Assembly (NCBI RefSeq): GCF_009914755.1
Contig: NC_060937.1
DNA length: 64,000 bases
Source: the human T2T-CHM13v2.0 reference genome, Homo sapiens
Reading direction: 5' to 3' (one strand)
Part shown: positions 1 through 13,370 of the stretch, piece by piece
Layout: each line of letters begins with the position of its first letter
How positions within the stretch are numbered: position 1 is the first letter of the stretch
Translations under genes and position numbers: made by a program
The notes under the pieces: generated by a model
What the model saw: the letters and a program-made list of their open reading frames with translations, nothing else
Told to the model about the DNA's origin: nothing
The model's database searches: none

Positions 1-1464
1 AGTTATGGAATGTGACCCTCTTTGAGTTTTATTTTCCCACATAAAACCAATGGTACTATAAAAGACTTTGAGTTTATTTTTAGTAACTTCCTATTTGGTT
101 AGTCATTTTGCATCATTGCTGGAGTCTCTTCATCCATCTTGTCTATTTTGAGGTTCTTCCTCTGTTTCTGCTTTCTCAGAGGTCTTAATTTGTCATTTGG
201 ATTGTGTATGTCTTTGTTGGCTATATACTGTTTATGAAAAACCACTGCTTAATTAAAATTAAGAAAGGTTGATGACTTTTCTTTCTATTTTTATTAAGTA
301 CAGCAGCAATTTAAATTGCATACATGTGATCCAGTCCAAGATATATTCAGAGAAGCTGAAGTCAATCACTGGTAATGATTAATCTCTGGTTATCACTTTT
401 CTTACTGTATGAGAAATGCTTTGATTCCATTTAACTTTTTATTTTGTGGCAGTGGTGACTGTTTTGAAAATTTGAGATTCCAATACGGTTAACTTAAAAC
501 CATATTCTATTTATTGTCTTACTTTCTCTGTCTTTTTTAAATTGATATTTTGATAACATTTAGAAGAGACACTATAATTTTATAATTTGTAAAATTATAA
601 ATACTCATCGGATGGTAGGAAGTTAAAGTGGAATCAGTACGAGTTATTACCCAACCTTCCTAAGTTTCTATGCTTAGCTCCAGGATTAGCCTAGCATTCA
701 TACCTGAGAGGCAACAAATTTTAGAAATACATAATATCAATTCCAGAAATTTTAATTCTTTGGCAGAGAATTTTCTCATAGCTGTATATCTTTTTTAAGT
801 TTTTGAATATAGAATTAAAATGTCATGATAAAAGTCTATGTAATAGAGGTTTCTTGACATTGCTTCTCCAAGGGTCTGACAAGGTATTTGTTGTTTTGCT
901 TTTTTTCTTATTTCTCCAGCCAAATCTCAATTTCTGGCTCTCATTACACATCCCTGTAAGCCTCTTATCCTTTGGTCTGGGTCCTGGCCACTGCAAAAGT
1001 TCTCCCTGAACTATGCAGGGATGTTCTCAATATGCTCTGTAGCCAAGCCCAGCTTTTCTGTTGCTCCCCAGGATTAAAATTTTGGATGGATGAAGACCCA
1101 ATCTAGTACATCAGGCAGAATGATCACATTACTCCCTTCCTTCTCACCTTCCTCTCCTCTGCCAAACACCCCAGGCAACAATAAACAAAAGCATATTAAA
1201 ACGTAGACAAGGGGAGAGTCATCTTTGTGTACTCACTCATTTTTAGTATTTTTGTGTTTAGTGATTAGCCTGTCAAATTGGCATTTGTGTCTAAGTCCTC
1301 TTTTGCTGTTGGCTACCAAGTAGCTCACGTGTAAGAGGAAATGGAGAACAGGCAAATATTCAGCTAGTAGTAGTAGTCATAAGAGGCAACATCTGACCCT
1401 GTTCCCTGCCCTTCATGGATTTTTAACCCTAGGTATTTGAGGCAAACTGCAGTGCAGTCACGCA

Positions 1465-1545
1465 GATGTTATAATAAATGGCAGAGTCAGGATTCCATCC
1501 CAGGCTGAGCACTCCTGGATCTCTGCTCTGAGCCACCTACCACAT
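1465..1545 (-). mobile_element. MIR fragment
   Basis: aaatggcagagtcaggattccatcccaggc...ctctgagccac resembles the reverse-complement MIR tRNA-derived head; very diverged. Confidence 0.45.
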
Positions 1546-2754
1546 CATCTCTCCAGTGCTTTCCAGTTCCCAGATGTGCTGGCGTCTTGTGGTCAACACC
1601 GCCTATCCCTCTATCTCACCCTGCTGGGCCTGTCCTGTCCTAGTTATTGTGGGGAGGATGTGGAAATGACTGTCAAGGAAAAGTGGAAGATTTGTTTTTA
1701 ACTCCTACAAAAAAAAAAATTACCCACCTAAATATAGTCCAGCCCTCAAGGAATCTGGAGATTTGACAGGGTAAATGACTTGCCAAGTTTCCACTAAGAA
1801 TGTTGAATCCAAGACTGAAACCTAATACTTAAATCAAAATTAGAAATAGTCATGTTATATATAGGAAGTCAATACTTGGTTGAAATTCTCAATTTCTATT
1901 TCTTTTGAATGGATACTGTTGAAAAATTATTGATATTTCTTTAAAAGGGCAGTAGAAATATTGGTGGGTAAAGAATCTACCCATATCTTTGAGAAAGGCA
2001 GGAACAGTATTAAATTGGAATTTGTCCCTAAATTAAAGAGGAATGGGTGTTTTTTGTAAAAGCCTTTGTTGAATCAATGAAGATGTATTATTATTATTAT
2101 TTTTTACCTCACAAAGCCTAGTGGTTTCTGTCTTGATGTTGGCACTAACACCCTATCCTCCAAGAATGTCTGTGGAATATGGATTATTCAGAGGCAGGAG
2201 AATTTAATTGAAGGGATATTTTGTTTAGGTTCTTTTTCCTTTGGATTTATTTGAGCTGAAATATATTCACATTTGGAGCTCCATATGAAGTTTTTTGTTT
2301 ATGTGTTCTTGGTCTTATTATTTTACTTTCCTTCCTGGCTTTTATTAATGTATTTTAATGATATACATATGTCCAGAAATTTTGGCAGCCAGTACATTTT
2401 TAAAAGCAAAATAAAAATATTGAACAGTAAGTTCTATCCTTATGAAGAACTTATTCTATAGTAACACCTGCAGACTACCCATTGAACTGGATGCAGAAAT
2501 AATTTATATACAATGACATAATATTTTTACACTGCAAATCTGCTTGTGTTTTGTTTTTAAGTATCATTTCTCATCTATATACTGTAGAGGTGGCAATAAC
2601 GTAATGATTTTTTTAATATATGGCCTAATTTTCTCAGAGAATACACTTATTTGAAAAGGAAAAAACCCTAAATAGGTTTCCATATGGTGATAGCATCTTT
2701 CACATTTCTTGTCACAAGGGTGATATTTTTTGTATGTGTGTGTGATTTCTATTT

Positions 2755-3080
2755 GAAAACATTCATTTAGAGCCTACCATAGAGAAGGCACTTAACCAAG
2801 TATTGTTGTAGATTAAAAAATGACTAATAATGACTAAAATTTGGTCATTGCCTGTCAAGGAGTTTACGTTTTGGGGGAGACATAAGTATAAACCTAAGAG
2901 TAAGAAAGGCAGAATTACTTGTATCCTAAAGTAGAAGTCCATTGCAAAGAGGAGGGAGGAAAGTTTTCTATGTAGTGGCATCCAAGAAGACTTTTTGGAA
3001 GAGCTTGCAGTTCAGTATTCAAAGAATGTCTTAAGATTATGATAATTAAAGAAGTCCCAGGACGAGACAAAATGAATCAA
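2755..3080 (-). mobile_element. L2 3' fragment
   Basis: attcatttagagcctacc...tggtcattgcctgtcaaggagtttac...gggggagaca resembles the antisense L2 3' end. Confidence 0.4.
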
Positions 3081-3219
3081 AGATTTTGTATGCAAGTCCA
3101 CAAAGTCTGTCAGACATATTGTAAATAATTTACCATTGATTTTATTTTCAACAATGTTAATGTATTGACATTTAGCATATATCTGTTAGATAGATATTCT
3201 ATCACAATGTTTTATTCCT

Positions 3220-3665
3220 TGCACCAGCCCTTTACTGTTTTCTAACAAAAAAAAAAACCACAATTTCAGGGCATAAACAAGAAGTGTTTATTTTTCCGTA
3301 GTACATCTTTGGGTTGACTAGAGATTGGCTGTTCTAAGATGTGCTCATGCAGGCTTGACTCTAAACTATGCATTTAGAGTCATTTTGTTCTGGTCTGGTC
3401 TACACGTAGGTTATTCTTTTGAAAGCAGTACTCTGTCTTAAGCATGTTCTTCTCTTAGTGGAGTTTGGAGATGCTAATATCGACAGGTGGAGGCAGAATG
3501 CTCCTTAAAGTCTAAACTAGAATTGCCACACTGTCTTCCTAAGGTTCATAAGCCAAAGGAAATCTCATGGCAATTTCCAACATTAGTGGGACAAGAGATT
3601 ATACTACTCCCAAGGAAGTGGAGGTGGGGAAAGGAATGATTATTTCTGTATCATAATCTACCATA
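3220..3665 (-). mobile_element. Old MaLR solo LTR (MLT1H/I/J-like)
   Basis: taacaaa...cacaatttcagggcataaacaa...tttattt start; gcatgttcttctc, gaattgccacactgtc and gccaaagg..tctcatggc blocks; ends ataatctaccata. Confidence 0.55.
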
Positions 3666-4366
3666 GTCCTTAAGTGACTGCCTCTTGCTACTTCCCAATG
3701 TTTTACTAATCACATTGACTTTTAAAAAATAGATTCCCTAGGAATTCAAGAAAAATACTTATTTTCTAAATAAATCACAGCAAGACAGACACAATTGTCT
3801 CACTACCCCCAATATCCTAACACACTAACAAATACGTGTATAATCATACACACACAAACACTACAACATACACCCCTCTATGATGTTATTAATGTTATAC
3901 AGATAAATAGATGTAATATTTCTGTGTATTGTGCTGCGGCTGTCCTAAATCATTGCACAGAATTATAGGTAACTGCAATTCATAGGGCTTATAATGTTAA
4001 TCATTCTAGGAAGTAATTAGCTGAATGCCTTCTGTACATTTGCTAGGCTACCAGCTCAGCGACATGTATTCCATCTGAAGGACACTCTTCTTGAAATCAG
4101 AATGCGCTGAACTGAGTTTTAGAAATTAGAGAAGCAGTCTCACTGGCATGGGAAAGTAATCTGCCAATTTCCCAAAGGGCAGATCTTCCAAAAATAAAAA
4201 TCGTCCAATTAGAGATTTTGGCTTTGACAGAGCTATTGAACAGGTTTGTAAATCACAAACGCCTTTCAAGCCTTTTGTTTTTACAATGCTGAAAGAGAAG
4301 ATCCTGGTAGGGGGTCCTTTAAATGTGGTGCATGTAGAACCCAGATCTTTGTACGACTGGAATATG

Positions 4367-4403
4367 CCTTCCTTCTCTCCTCCTCCTCCTCCTCCTTTCT
4401 CTG

Positions 4404-4434
<31 letters not shown>

Positions 4435-4444
4435 TTCTTTCTTT
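4367..4444. repeat. (CCT)n/(CT)n/(CTTT)n polypyrimidine microsatellite
   Basis: Direct reading: about 78 nt of pyrimidines with only two G. Confidence 0.95.
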
Positions 4445-5289
4445 GAACTTTGACAGATCTTTCAAAACTAAGGCTACACGCTGCTGATCATCAGCTCTGG
4501 CTTCAGTGATGAACTTCCAATCTTTTTCTAATTCTAAGACCCCTACCACACACCTCAAAGTAACTTGAAATACATTATGCTTCCAGTGTGGTTGTAATAT
4601 TATCATCTTATTATCACCAATTCCCTTGCATGGTGGCTTTGCTGAGCAGCTGTTTCACAGACAAGCCAATTTCTTTTAAGTATTGCTCTATCAGACTCTG
4701 AAACCAGTTCTACCAGAAGGGTTCTTGGTAATGAATGTTAATGAGCAGACAAGTATCCTTTCTCTGACAGAGGCTCACTAATCCTTTGAGTAAGTATGGG
4801 TGAATTACAGGAGAAATTTTATTTAAGTTAAATTGATCTGCTACTAAGTAGAGAAAACTTATTTTCTTATTTTAATGAAAATCAAGAAAAAATATTTAAT
4901 GGGGATGTAAATTACAGCTCCCTGGAAACATTTTTGTCTTCTGACTGGAGAACACAGTAGCTCAGTAGACTGGTTCAACTGCATAGTGTGCTTAACACTA
5001 GCAAACTCATGATCTCCAGTGAGGCCTGATCTTCAGTGGGACAGTGGGAAATGGAGTAGAAACCACTCACTCTCTCTGGGATTTGGTACCAGCAGATTCT
5101 TTATGTTCCTTAGTGATAAGTAATAGGGATAAAAAATTATTCTTTCTTCTTCCACTGAGCCAGTGTAAGAGTTCCTTTTTTTTTTCCAAAACAAATAAGA
5201 TAGTAAAGCCATAAGAACAGCACTTGTATGCTTTTTGTATTCTAAGAATATGAGAAAAATAATTTCAGTGAACCTTTATCTGAAAGGAT

Positions 5290-6175
<886 letters not shown>

Positions 6176-8272
6176 TCAGCGGTTGTTACTGCTCTCAATT
6201 TTTGTATATTCAACAGTAAATTATACAGAGCACGTCATTTTCAAATTGCAAACCTGAACACAACCTATAGGATTTTGACTCAATTCCAGGCTACTTAGCT
6301 TATGCTCCCATCCAATATTCTATTATTATTGCGCTGGAAATGACATCTCTAATCTATCCACATGAACAGGCCTGTTAAAATGAGGCTTAATCTTTAAATC
6401 TCCTTGGTAAGTGTGATTGAATTTGTTAAACTTTTGTTTGTAAGCCATATGGACATCAAAATAAGGAAAATATCCAAACCCGAACTTTGGCAAGATTCAA
6501 ATGACAGTGTAAAGTGTTTATTATCAAATGCATTACAAATAACATTTCCATATCATTCAGTAGTCACTCGGTGATTTTTCACTGAATGACCAACATTGAC
6601 ATGAGCTCCTGGGGTTTGGCATTTTAGCAAATGTAAAAAAAGAGGTAGCTGGCCTAAGCCGTTTTCTGTCATTCCAAGCATTCCCTTAGACAAGAACAGG
6701 ATCCTGAACCCAAATGTGAAGGAAGAACCAGTGCCCAGCTAAGAATAACTGTGCATGGTCCACAGTGCTCAGATAAATTTTTAAAAATCACTCATCACAG
6801 TTTCAGAATGTGCCATTTGTTATTCTTGCAAAAGGTTTGCTATATTCATTAAACGAACAAATATTCTTGGGAAAACTATATATAGTAGTTTACAGTCTTC
6901 ACACTGTTTCCTCCCTTCCTAGCAGTCCAGTAGAATATAAACGACTTGAACATGAAAAGCAAACTTTGAAGTAAGATAGCAGGAAATCGGGGCTCCAAGG
7001 CCTTTGAATGTTGGAAGAAATTGGATTTCTCCACGTATTTTGTTTTATTTTTTAAAATTTATTTGCATGTTTTCTCCTTTTGAAAGAATAGTTCTGTGGT
7101 CATTACAGGATTTAGTTCTCTCAGTCTTCCTGTCTCTTTCTCCTTAATGCTTCTAGAGTTGACATTTTATCATTTTCACTTATTTAATGTTCTTGTAATA
7201 GTATTCTTCTAAAAACTATGATCCATTGCATATTCCCTGTTGAAGTCTAAGCTCATTAAGTTCAGAGATTAGGTCTCCTCTTTCTATTTTATCTTCCTAT
7301 ACCTGACTTAATATGAAGTATATTTAATAATGCTGCAGTGTTGTGTGACAATGGTAGCAACCTGTGCAGTCTCAAGGGCACAGACCAGTTAAATGAATTA
7401 CTTATATTCCTATAATAATTATGACAGAAGAAAATAGGGAACCTTGAATTCTCATTATCCATTAACTCTTAGGGTCCATAAACCTGGAATTCATATGTGA
7501 TATCAGCAGCATTGGTTCCAGTGGATTTAATGGAACTAATTTTAAATTCCCCGGACAAAGAGTGCCTTTACTTAGAGTAAAGCAAGTAGAGGTTCTTATC
7601 ATAAAAAACAGGATAAACGTGTTTTTCTCCATTGCAAGTATGCACATATGCACAGTCACACACACAGGCGTGAATAAGAAATGTTTAAGATGTCCATGAA
7701 TTTCCTGGAGAATCAGTTAATATACAGATTGCTGGGTTCAACACCAGAGATGACCATTCTTTGGTCTGGACTGAACTCAGAAAGGATCTCCTGTTCTGAA
7801 GCGAGTGTTCTCTGCTCCACCACACTTAACACTGGCTTACGTGGAATTGAGAGGTTAGTTAGCAGGATGTAGAGCTGGGGCAAAGAAATTTGACAGAAGT
7901 TTTTGAATCTTTCTTCTGACATATTAAGGTCAGCCAGTAACAGGCCTCCATATCTAAGGTGGCATTCAAGAACCTGTTGCCCGTCAAATAATGACTTTTA
8001 TATGTTAACTAAGTTACCCCTTTTTCTTTTCAATTTTGACAGTGAATTATACAATTATACCCAAGATCAACAACTCATTTTAACTTTTGCAGATGTATAC
8101 TGTGGATTTTTGCATTTTTAAGTTTATGAACTACACAATTATTATCCTTTTTCCATTTATTTTCTAGTTCATAAGGACCTAATGTGTGTTTATTTTTCAC
8201 AATTGGTAAAATACTTTTTAATTTTTGGGTTACTTTTTTTTGCTAGGATGATATGTTTTGAAGCGCAGTATC

Positions 8273-8314
8273 TTATTTTATTTTTTTATTTTTAATTTTT
8301 GTGGGTAAATAGTG

Positions 8315-8381
<67 letters not shown>

Positions 8382-8865
8382 GGGGTACATGAGATGTTTT
8401 GATACAGGCATGCAGTGTGAAATAAGCACATCATGGAGAATGGAGTATCCATCCCCTCAAGCATTTATTCTTTGAGTTACAGGCAGTCCAGTTACACTGT
8501 AAGTTATTTTAAAATATACAGTTAAGTTACAGTTGACTATAGTCACTCTGTTGTGCTATCAAATAATAGGTTTTATTTATTCTTTCTATAATAATTTTTT
8601 TTTTAACCTGTTAGCCAGCCCCACCTCTCCACCACTCACTCGCTGCCCGTCACTCCCCTTCCCAACCTCTGGTAACCACCCTTCTACTGTGTCCATGAGT
8701 TCAATTGTATTTATTTTTAGATCCTACAAATGAATGAGAACATATGATGTTTGTCTTTCTGCGCCTGGCTTATTTCACTGAACATAATGATCTTCAGTTC
8801 CATCCATATTATTGCAAATGACTGGATCTCATTCTTTTTGTGGCTGAATAGTACTCCATTGTGTA
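8273..8865 (-). mobile_element. L1MA1-3-like 3' end with internal (TG)n(TA)n
   Basis: T-rich tail then gggtacatgagatgttttgatacaggcatg...tccatcccctcaagcatt...tggctgaatagtactccattgtgta. Confidence 0.9.
8312..8377. repeat. (TG)n-(TA)n compound microsatellite
   Basis: Direct reading. Confidence 0.95.
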
Positions 8866-9984
8866 ACTATATTTTTTCATAGCACACTTTGATTCAAACA
8901 TAAGGTATGGTTATTGTAGAAAACTTGTATAATTTAACTTTAATGTGTTAAAGGATTAAAATGACTTTATGCCTAATTGAAGGAAAAGTGCCTGATCTCT
9001 AAGGAATCTGGGATAAGGATGTAATGTAAAATTATTAATATTTGGTGTCATGAAACTTTATTCAAATAACTTCTGAAAAAATAAAATAAATTGGAAGTCT
9101 TAATTCCTGTGTTAAATAGTTTATAATTATAAAATGAAAAGTAGAATACAGTCTCTGTGAGCATGAGGGAATTTCCTATTTTCTGGGTATAATATTCCCT
9201 CCACACATACTTTATGATATTTTGTCAGTACAACTTCGGACTGCTTTTTCCATAATTGAGTTGGTTGTCTCTATTTAGAGTACAAGTAGAAGCCTACAGC
9301 AATATAAATCTGAAGATCTGTGTAATATATTATGATTGATGTTAAAAAAAATAGGTTAAGGAAGTACTTACGTAAATTCTTCCATTAAGTAATGATTTAA
9401 GCAAAGTAGAGATTTAAGGAAGATAAAAACATACAATAAGAACTGTTTAAAATGTTCTTCTTGACCACTAGTCCAAGGTTTACTGACTTTGTTCCCTTGA
9501 TCATTAGACCAGCCAGGCTTGTTCTCATTCTCTGGGCAGTGGCTGAAAACCTTTTACTAAGAGAAGTAGCTTCTAAGAATATCTTCAGCCCTTGAGGGTT
9601 CCAAGTCCCCCTACAAATAGCAGATTAGCAATCAGTGAAAACCTTCTGTTAGTTCCACGACTTAGCTTCTGTCTGGCGCATAGAACTCCAAAACGTATTC
9701 TGAAACTGAAGAAGTTTGGGGGCCAGTTTTAACTAATATAAGTTTTATATATTTTTAAATTACTAGCCACATTCCCAAAATGTATTGGTATTTTTTTTCT
9801 TCCAATGGCTGAGATTATTTTTCTGCTTTCTAATTCTAAATTAGGCATTTCTTATTTTTTCCCATGTAGATTCTAGATGCCTTAAACAGTCTACAGTCTT
9901 TTCTTCATTCATTCTCCATAGTTGGGGAAGGGTCTTTATCTATGACATTATGTCAAGTTTTATTTAGAAAAATTTTAGCCATGT

Positions 9985-10195
9985 AAATAGCACAGGCCTT
10001 GGATCTTCACAGAATGTGTTTCAAGTATAGGAGGTGCGTTGTATTGACAAAATGATCTTGTAAGTTTCTTAAACTCTCTGGGAAAAAAATTTAGTTTTTC
10101 ATTTGTAAAATAAGTATAATAATACCTGTTTTGAAACTACGATATACATAAAAAGCCTAGCATAAGTCTAGCAAAGAGTGCGCTTGTAATATATG
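9985..10195 (+). mobile_element. MIR
   Basis: Core-like aaactctctg...agtttttcatttgtaaaat...ataataatacct and 3' aaagcctagcata. Confidence 0.55.
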
Positions 10196-12169
10196 AGGGT
10201 TCACCTCTGCTCTTCATCCTCATCACTGTCATAGTGCTCACTTTCTTACCTATAAGGACCCTGACAGTCCTATAGAGCCACTTAGATAAGAGCATAAATA
10301 ACTGGAATGCTGATCGGTACCATGAATTAAAATGCAGATAAAATCATGGAAGAGAATGAAATTATTTCTTGACAAGAAGACTATAAATGGCTTTGTGAAA
10401 AGACAGAATGTAAACTGTCTTGAAGGTTAGGAAGGATTCGAAACATGGAAATAGGATTGAAGGCATGGAGATGGGGAATTACTAGTGATACAGTGATACA
10501 GAGGATACTTTGTTTCCATGATGAAACAAAGCTTGAACCAAAGTGAAGTGTATCCATTATTAAGGTCCTTGAATATGTTTCAAAAGTAGAAAATTAAGTC
10601 TATTCTCTGAAAATCAATGGGAGTGCTTGTTTATTTTCATTTAAATAATTGAATTGACTGTGGAGTTTGAAGTTATGGAGACACAAATTTAAATCCCTGT
10701 TGAACAACGACTAACAGGTTTACACTGTGGGGTTTGTTGTGTTTAATTGATGGCTGACAGCAGGCATGCGGTTTAGAGAGCAAAATATGCTCAAGTGGTT
10801 CCGTATATCCTTTAGTGTGTGTGTTTGTATAACACTATTTTTAAATAAACAGTGTGCTCCTGAGAGTCTATCACTGAGTTAGGTTTTTATATGGTCTATG
10901 TATGAGAATTTTTATATGTGGCCACTACAATAGTGGCCCTCCCTTCAAAGCCCATGCAACAAACATTCAGCAGTGGTTGTGGGGAGTGGTAGGTTCAAGA
11001 GTAGACTTTTCTTGTCCTATGCTATTCTACTTTTCAGATTTCTCGCCAAAGTGAATATGAACTGTGTTATCACAAAAATGGGTAGGTGCTTCATCTGATT
11101 ATGAAAATGAACATTAAGTTGATATCTCTCAGAAGGCCGTGCTGTGTATACCACATCTCAGTATGTGAAATCAGTTGTCTTTCTAAAATTTTCTCATGAT
11201 AATATCCTGTTCCAATTTCAAAGGCAAATGTCTATTGAAATTGCTAAATTTCATGTGTTATACTTGTAAAATGTTATATTTCTTTCAAATATCTTGCATA
11301 AAGTTTTCCCCCACAGTATTATACACAAATATATAGGACAAGGATCCTACTATGTATATTCTAACCAACAACCGTGCTGGGCACATGATTGATGATAATT
11401 GCCCAGTACATGTAATGAATTGAATTTTCTCAGTAACAATTTAGTACACAATTGACTTAGTATATGGATCACTAGGGATGGATGAATACAAACAAATTCT
11501 GCACTCAATTTTTTCAGATCACTGAAAATCCCAGAGCCTCTAGAGCTCTGTTGAAGTCTACTTTATAAAAAGACATGAATATTTACTTACTATACATTTA
11601 TACAGCGTTTATTAAGTAGCTATTGATTGTTCATAGTTGCCTTCTCAGCAACCTTAAATCCTCATAGAAAATGCATAATTCTTAAAGGCAGCTAACATCT
11701 CCATTTTTTCAAGTTATTAAGAATGGAGTGAATACACAGTAGCATGGGGTACCCTTGGCATGATGCCACGGGTGAATGCAGAATGCATCACGGGATGACT
11801 AATCCCATTTCTTTATCCTAAGGTTCACTAACTGTGGTTAATATTGAGCCAAGTTTATTTGTGCAGTTTTTGAAGAGGCCAAGACATTAAGATTCCTTAG
11901 AATAAACATCATCTGGGCATCACCTGCACACCTAAATGGATTTATTGCCAATGAGTAATGCTGTGCCTTCGCTGCACAGTCTACACAGAAAATGTCAGAA
12001 CTCAATAAAAACAGTGCAACAGTCTTCTGATTGAGTTTGTATTAAGGTCTCTTTATTGGATTAATCCGGTTCTTTTCTCTTCCTTTCCTCATCTGAATGA
12101 AACATATTTTAAGGGCCATTCATTTTAGATGAAGTTGAGGAAAGTATTTTAAAAAAGGAAAAAAATAAT

Positions 12170-12480
12170 GGATTTGCAGTTAGGCTCACTCCTTTAATCC
12201 CAGCACTTTGGGAGGCCAAGGTAGGTGGATCACTTGAGCCCAGGAATTTGAGACCAGCCTGAACAACACAGCGAAACAGTATCTCTACCAAAAAAAAAAA
12301 AAAAAAAAATTAACCAAGTGTTGTGGTGTGTGCCTGTCCTGTAGTCCCAGTTACTCTGTAGGCTGAGTGGGGAGGATCACTTCAGCCCAGGAGGTCCAGG
12401 CTGCAGTGACCCATGATCACACCACTGCACTGTAGCCTGGGCAACAGAGTGAGACCCTGTGTCCAGCAAACAAACAAAAT
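12170..12480 (+). mobile_element. AluJ, full length
   Basis: gatcacttgagcccagga and ggaggatcac...gaggtccaggctgcagtga J-type diagnostics. Confidence 0.95.
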
Positions 12481-12517
12481 ATATTGCCTTCCTTGTTAGA
12501 ATTTTGCTTAATACCTT

Positions 12518-12726
12518 GGCCGGGAGCGGTGGCTCATGCCTGTAATCCCAGCACTTTGAGAGGCCAAGGCGGGCGGATCATGAGGTCAGGAGATCGAGAA
12601 CATCCTGGCTAACACTGTGAAACCGCGTCTGTACTAAAAATACAAAAAATTATGAGCCGAGATCATGACACTGCACTCCAGCCTGGGCGACAGAGCGAGA
12701 CTCCGCCTCCAAAAAAAAAAAAAAAA
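12518..12726 (+). mobile_element. AluY-like with internal deletion of about 89 nt of the right monomer
   Basis: gagatcgaga.catcctggctaacac; linker joined directly to tgagccgagatc; TSD AGAATTTTGCT(T/C)AATA. Confidence 0.93.
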
Positions 12727-13348
12727 GAATTTTGCTCAATATCCAGCATAACCCTGTTAATTTTGTGGGAACATAATAAAAGCTACTTTGATAACAAAGC
12801 AGAAAAATCAGCTGTTTGTCTTCTTGCGCATGTCAAACCTTAAATTTGGCTGTGTTTTCTGCTCTCTTCCCCAGTAACTTCATTTTTAAGCCTCTTTCTT
12901 ATGTATTTGAACAACAATCAAGAAAAATAACATTGTTGTGAAATACCTTAACCTCACATGTGACGTCTCTTTAAAATAAGTAATATAATGAAAGCAAGCA
13001 AGCACCGGTAATCTTTAGAAAGGCTAAATAACTTGAGTGGTAATGACTAATGATCTTTTTTGTCTTCACAAAATATTTCTTGCCATTTAAACAAACATCT
13101 GCATGTGGAGTAAAGCATATTGATAGATAGCCAACATTTCACATTCAGTGAAGAACTCTTTCCTTTATCCTAAGTGATAATAGTAAATTTAAAGACTAAT
13201 TAATTTCTTTCACTGGAATAATAAGTTCTGGGAAAATATCAGATATTTTAAACATTGGAAGTGAAGAGAAAGTTGCATCTATGAAAAAATAATTTTTAGT
13301 AAGATTGATACACATTTATATCAATAATTGCATACTATATCCCTATCG

Positions 13349-13370
13349 ATATATATATATATATATATAT
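13349..13370. repeat. (AT)11 microsatellite
   Basis: Direct reading. Confidence 0.95.

Noticed and set aside
4319-4606. 95-aa ORF with an ER/R-rich stretch
   Set aside because: The charged tract is the (CT)n/(CCT)n microsatellite read in antisense
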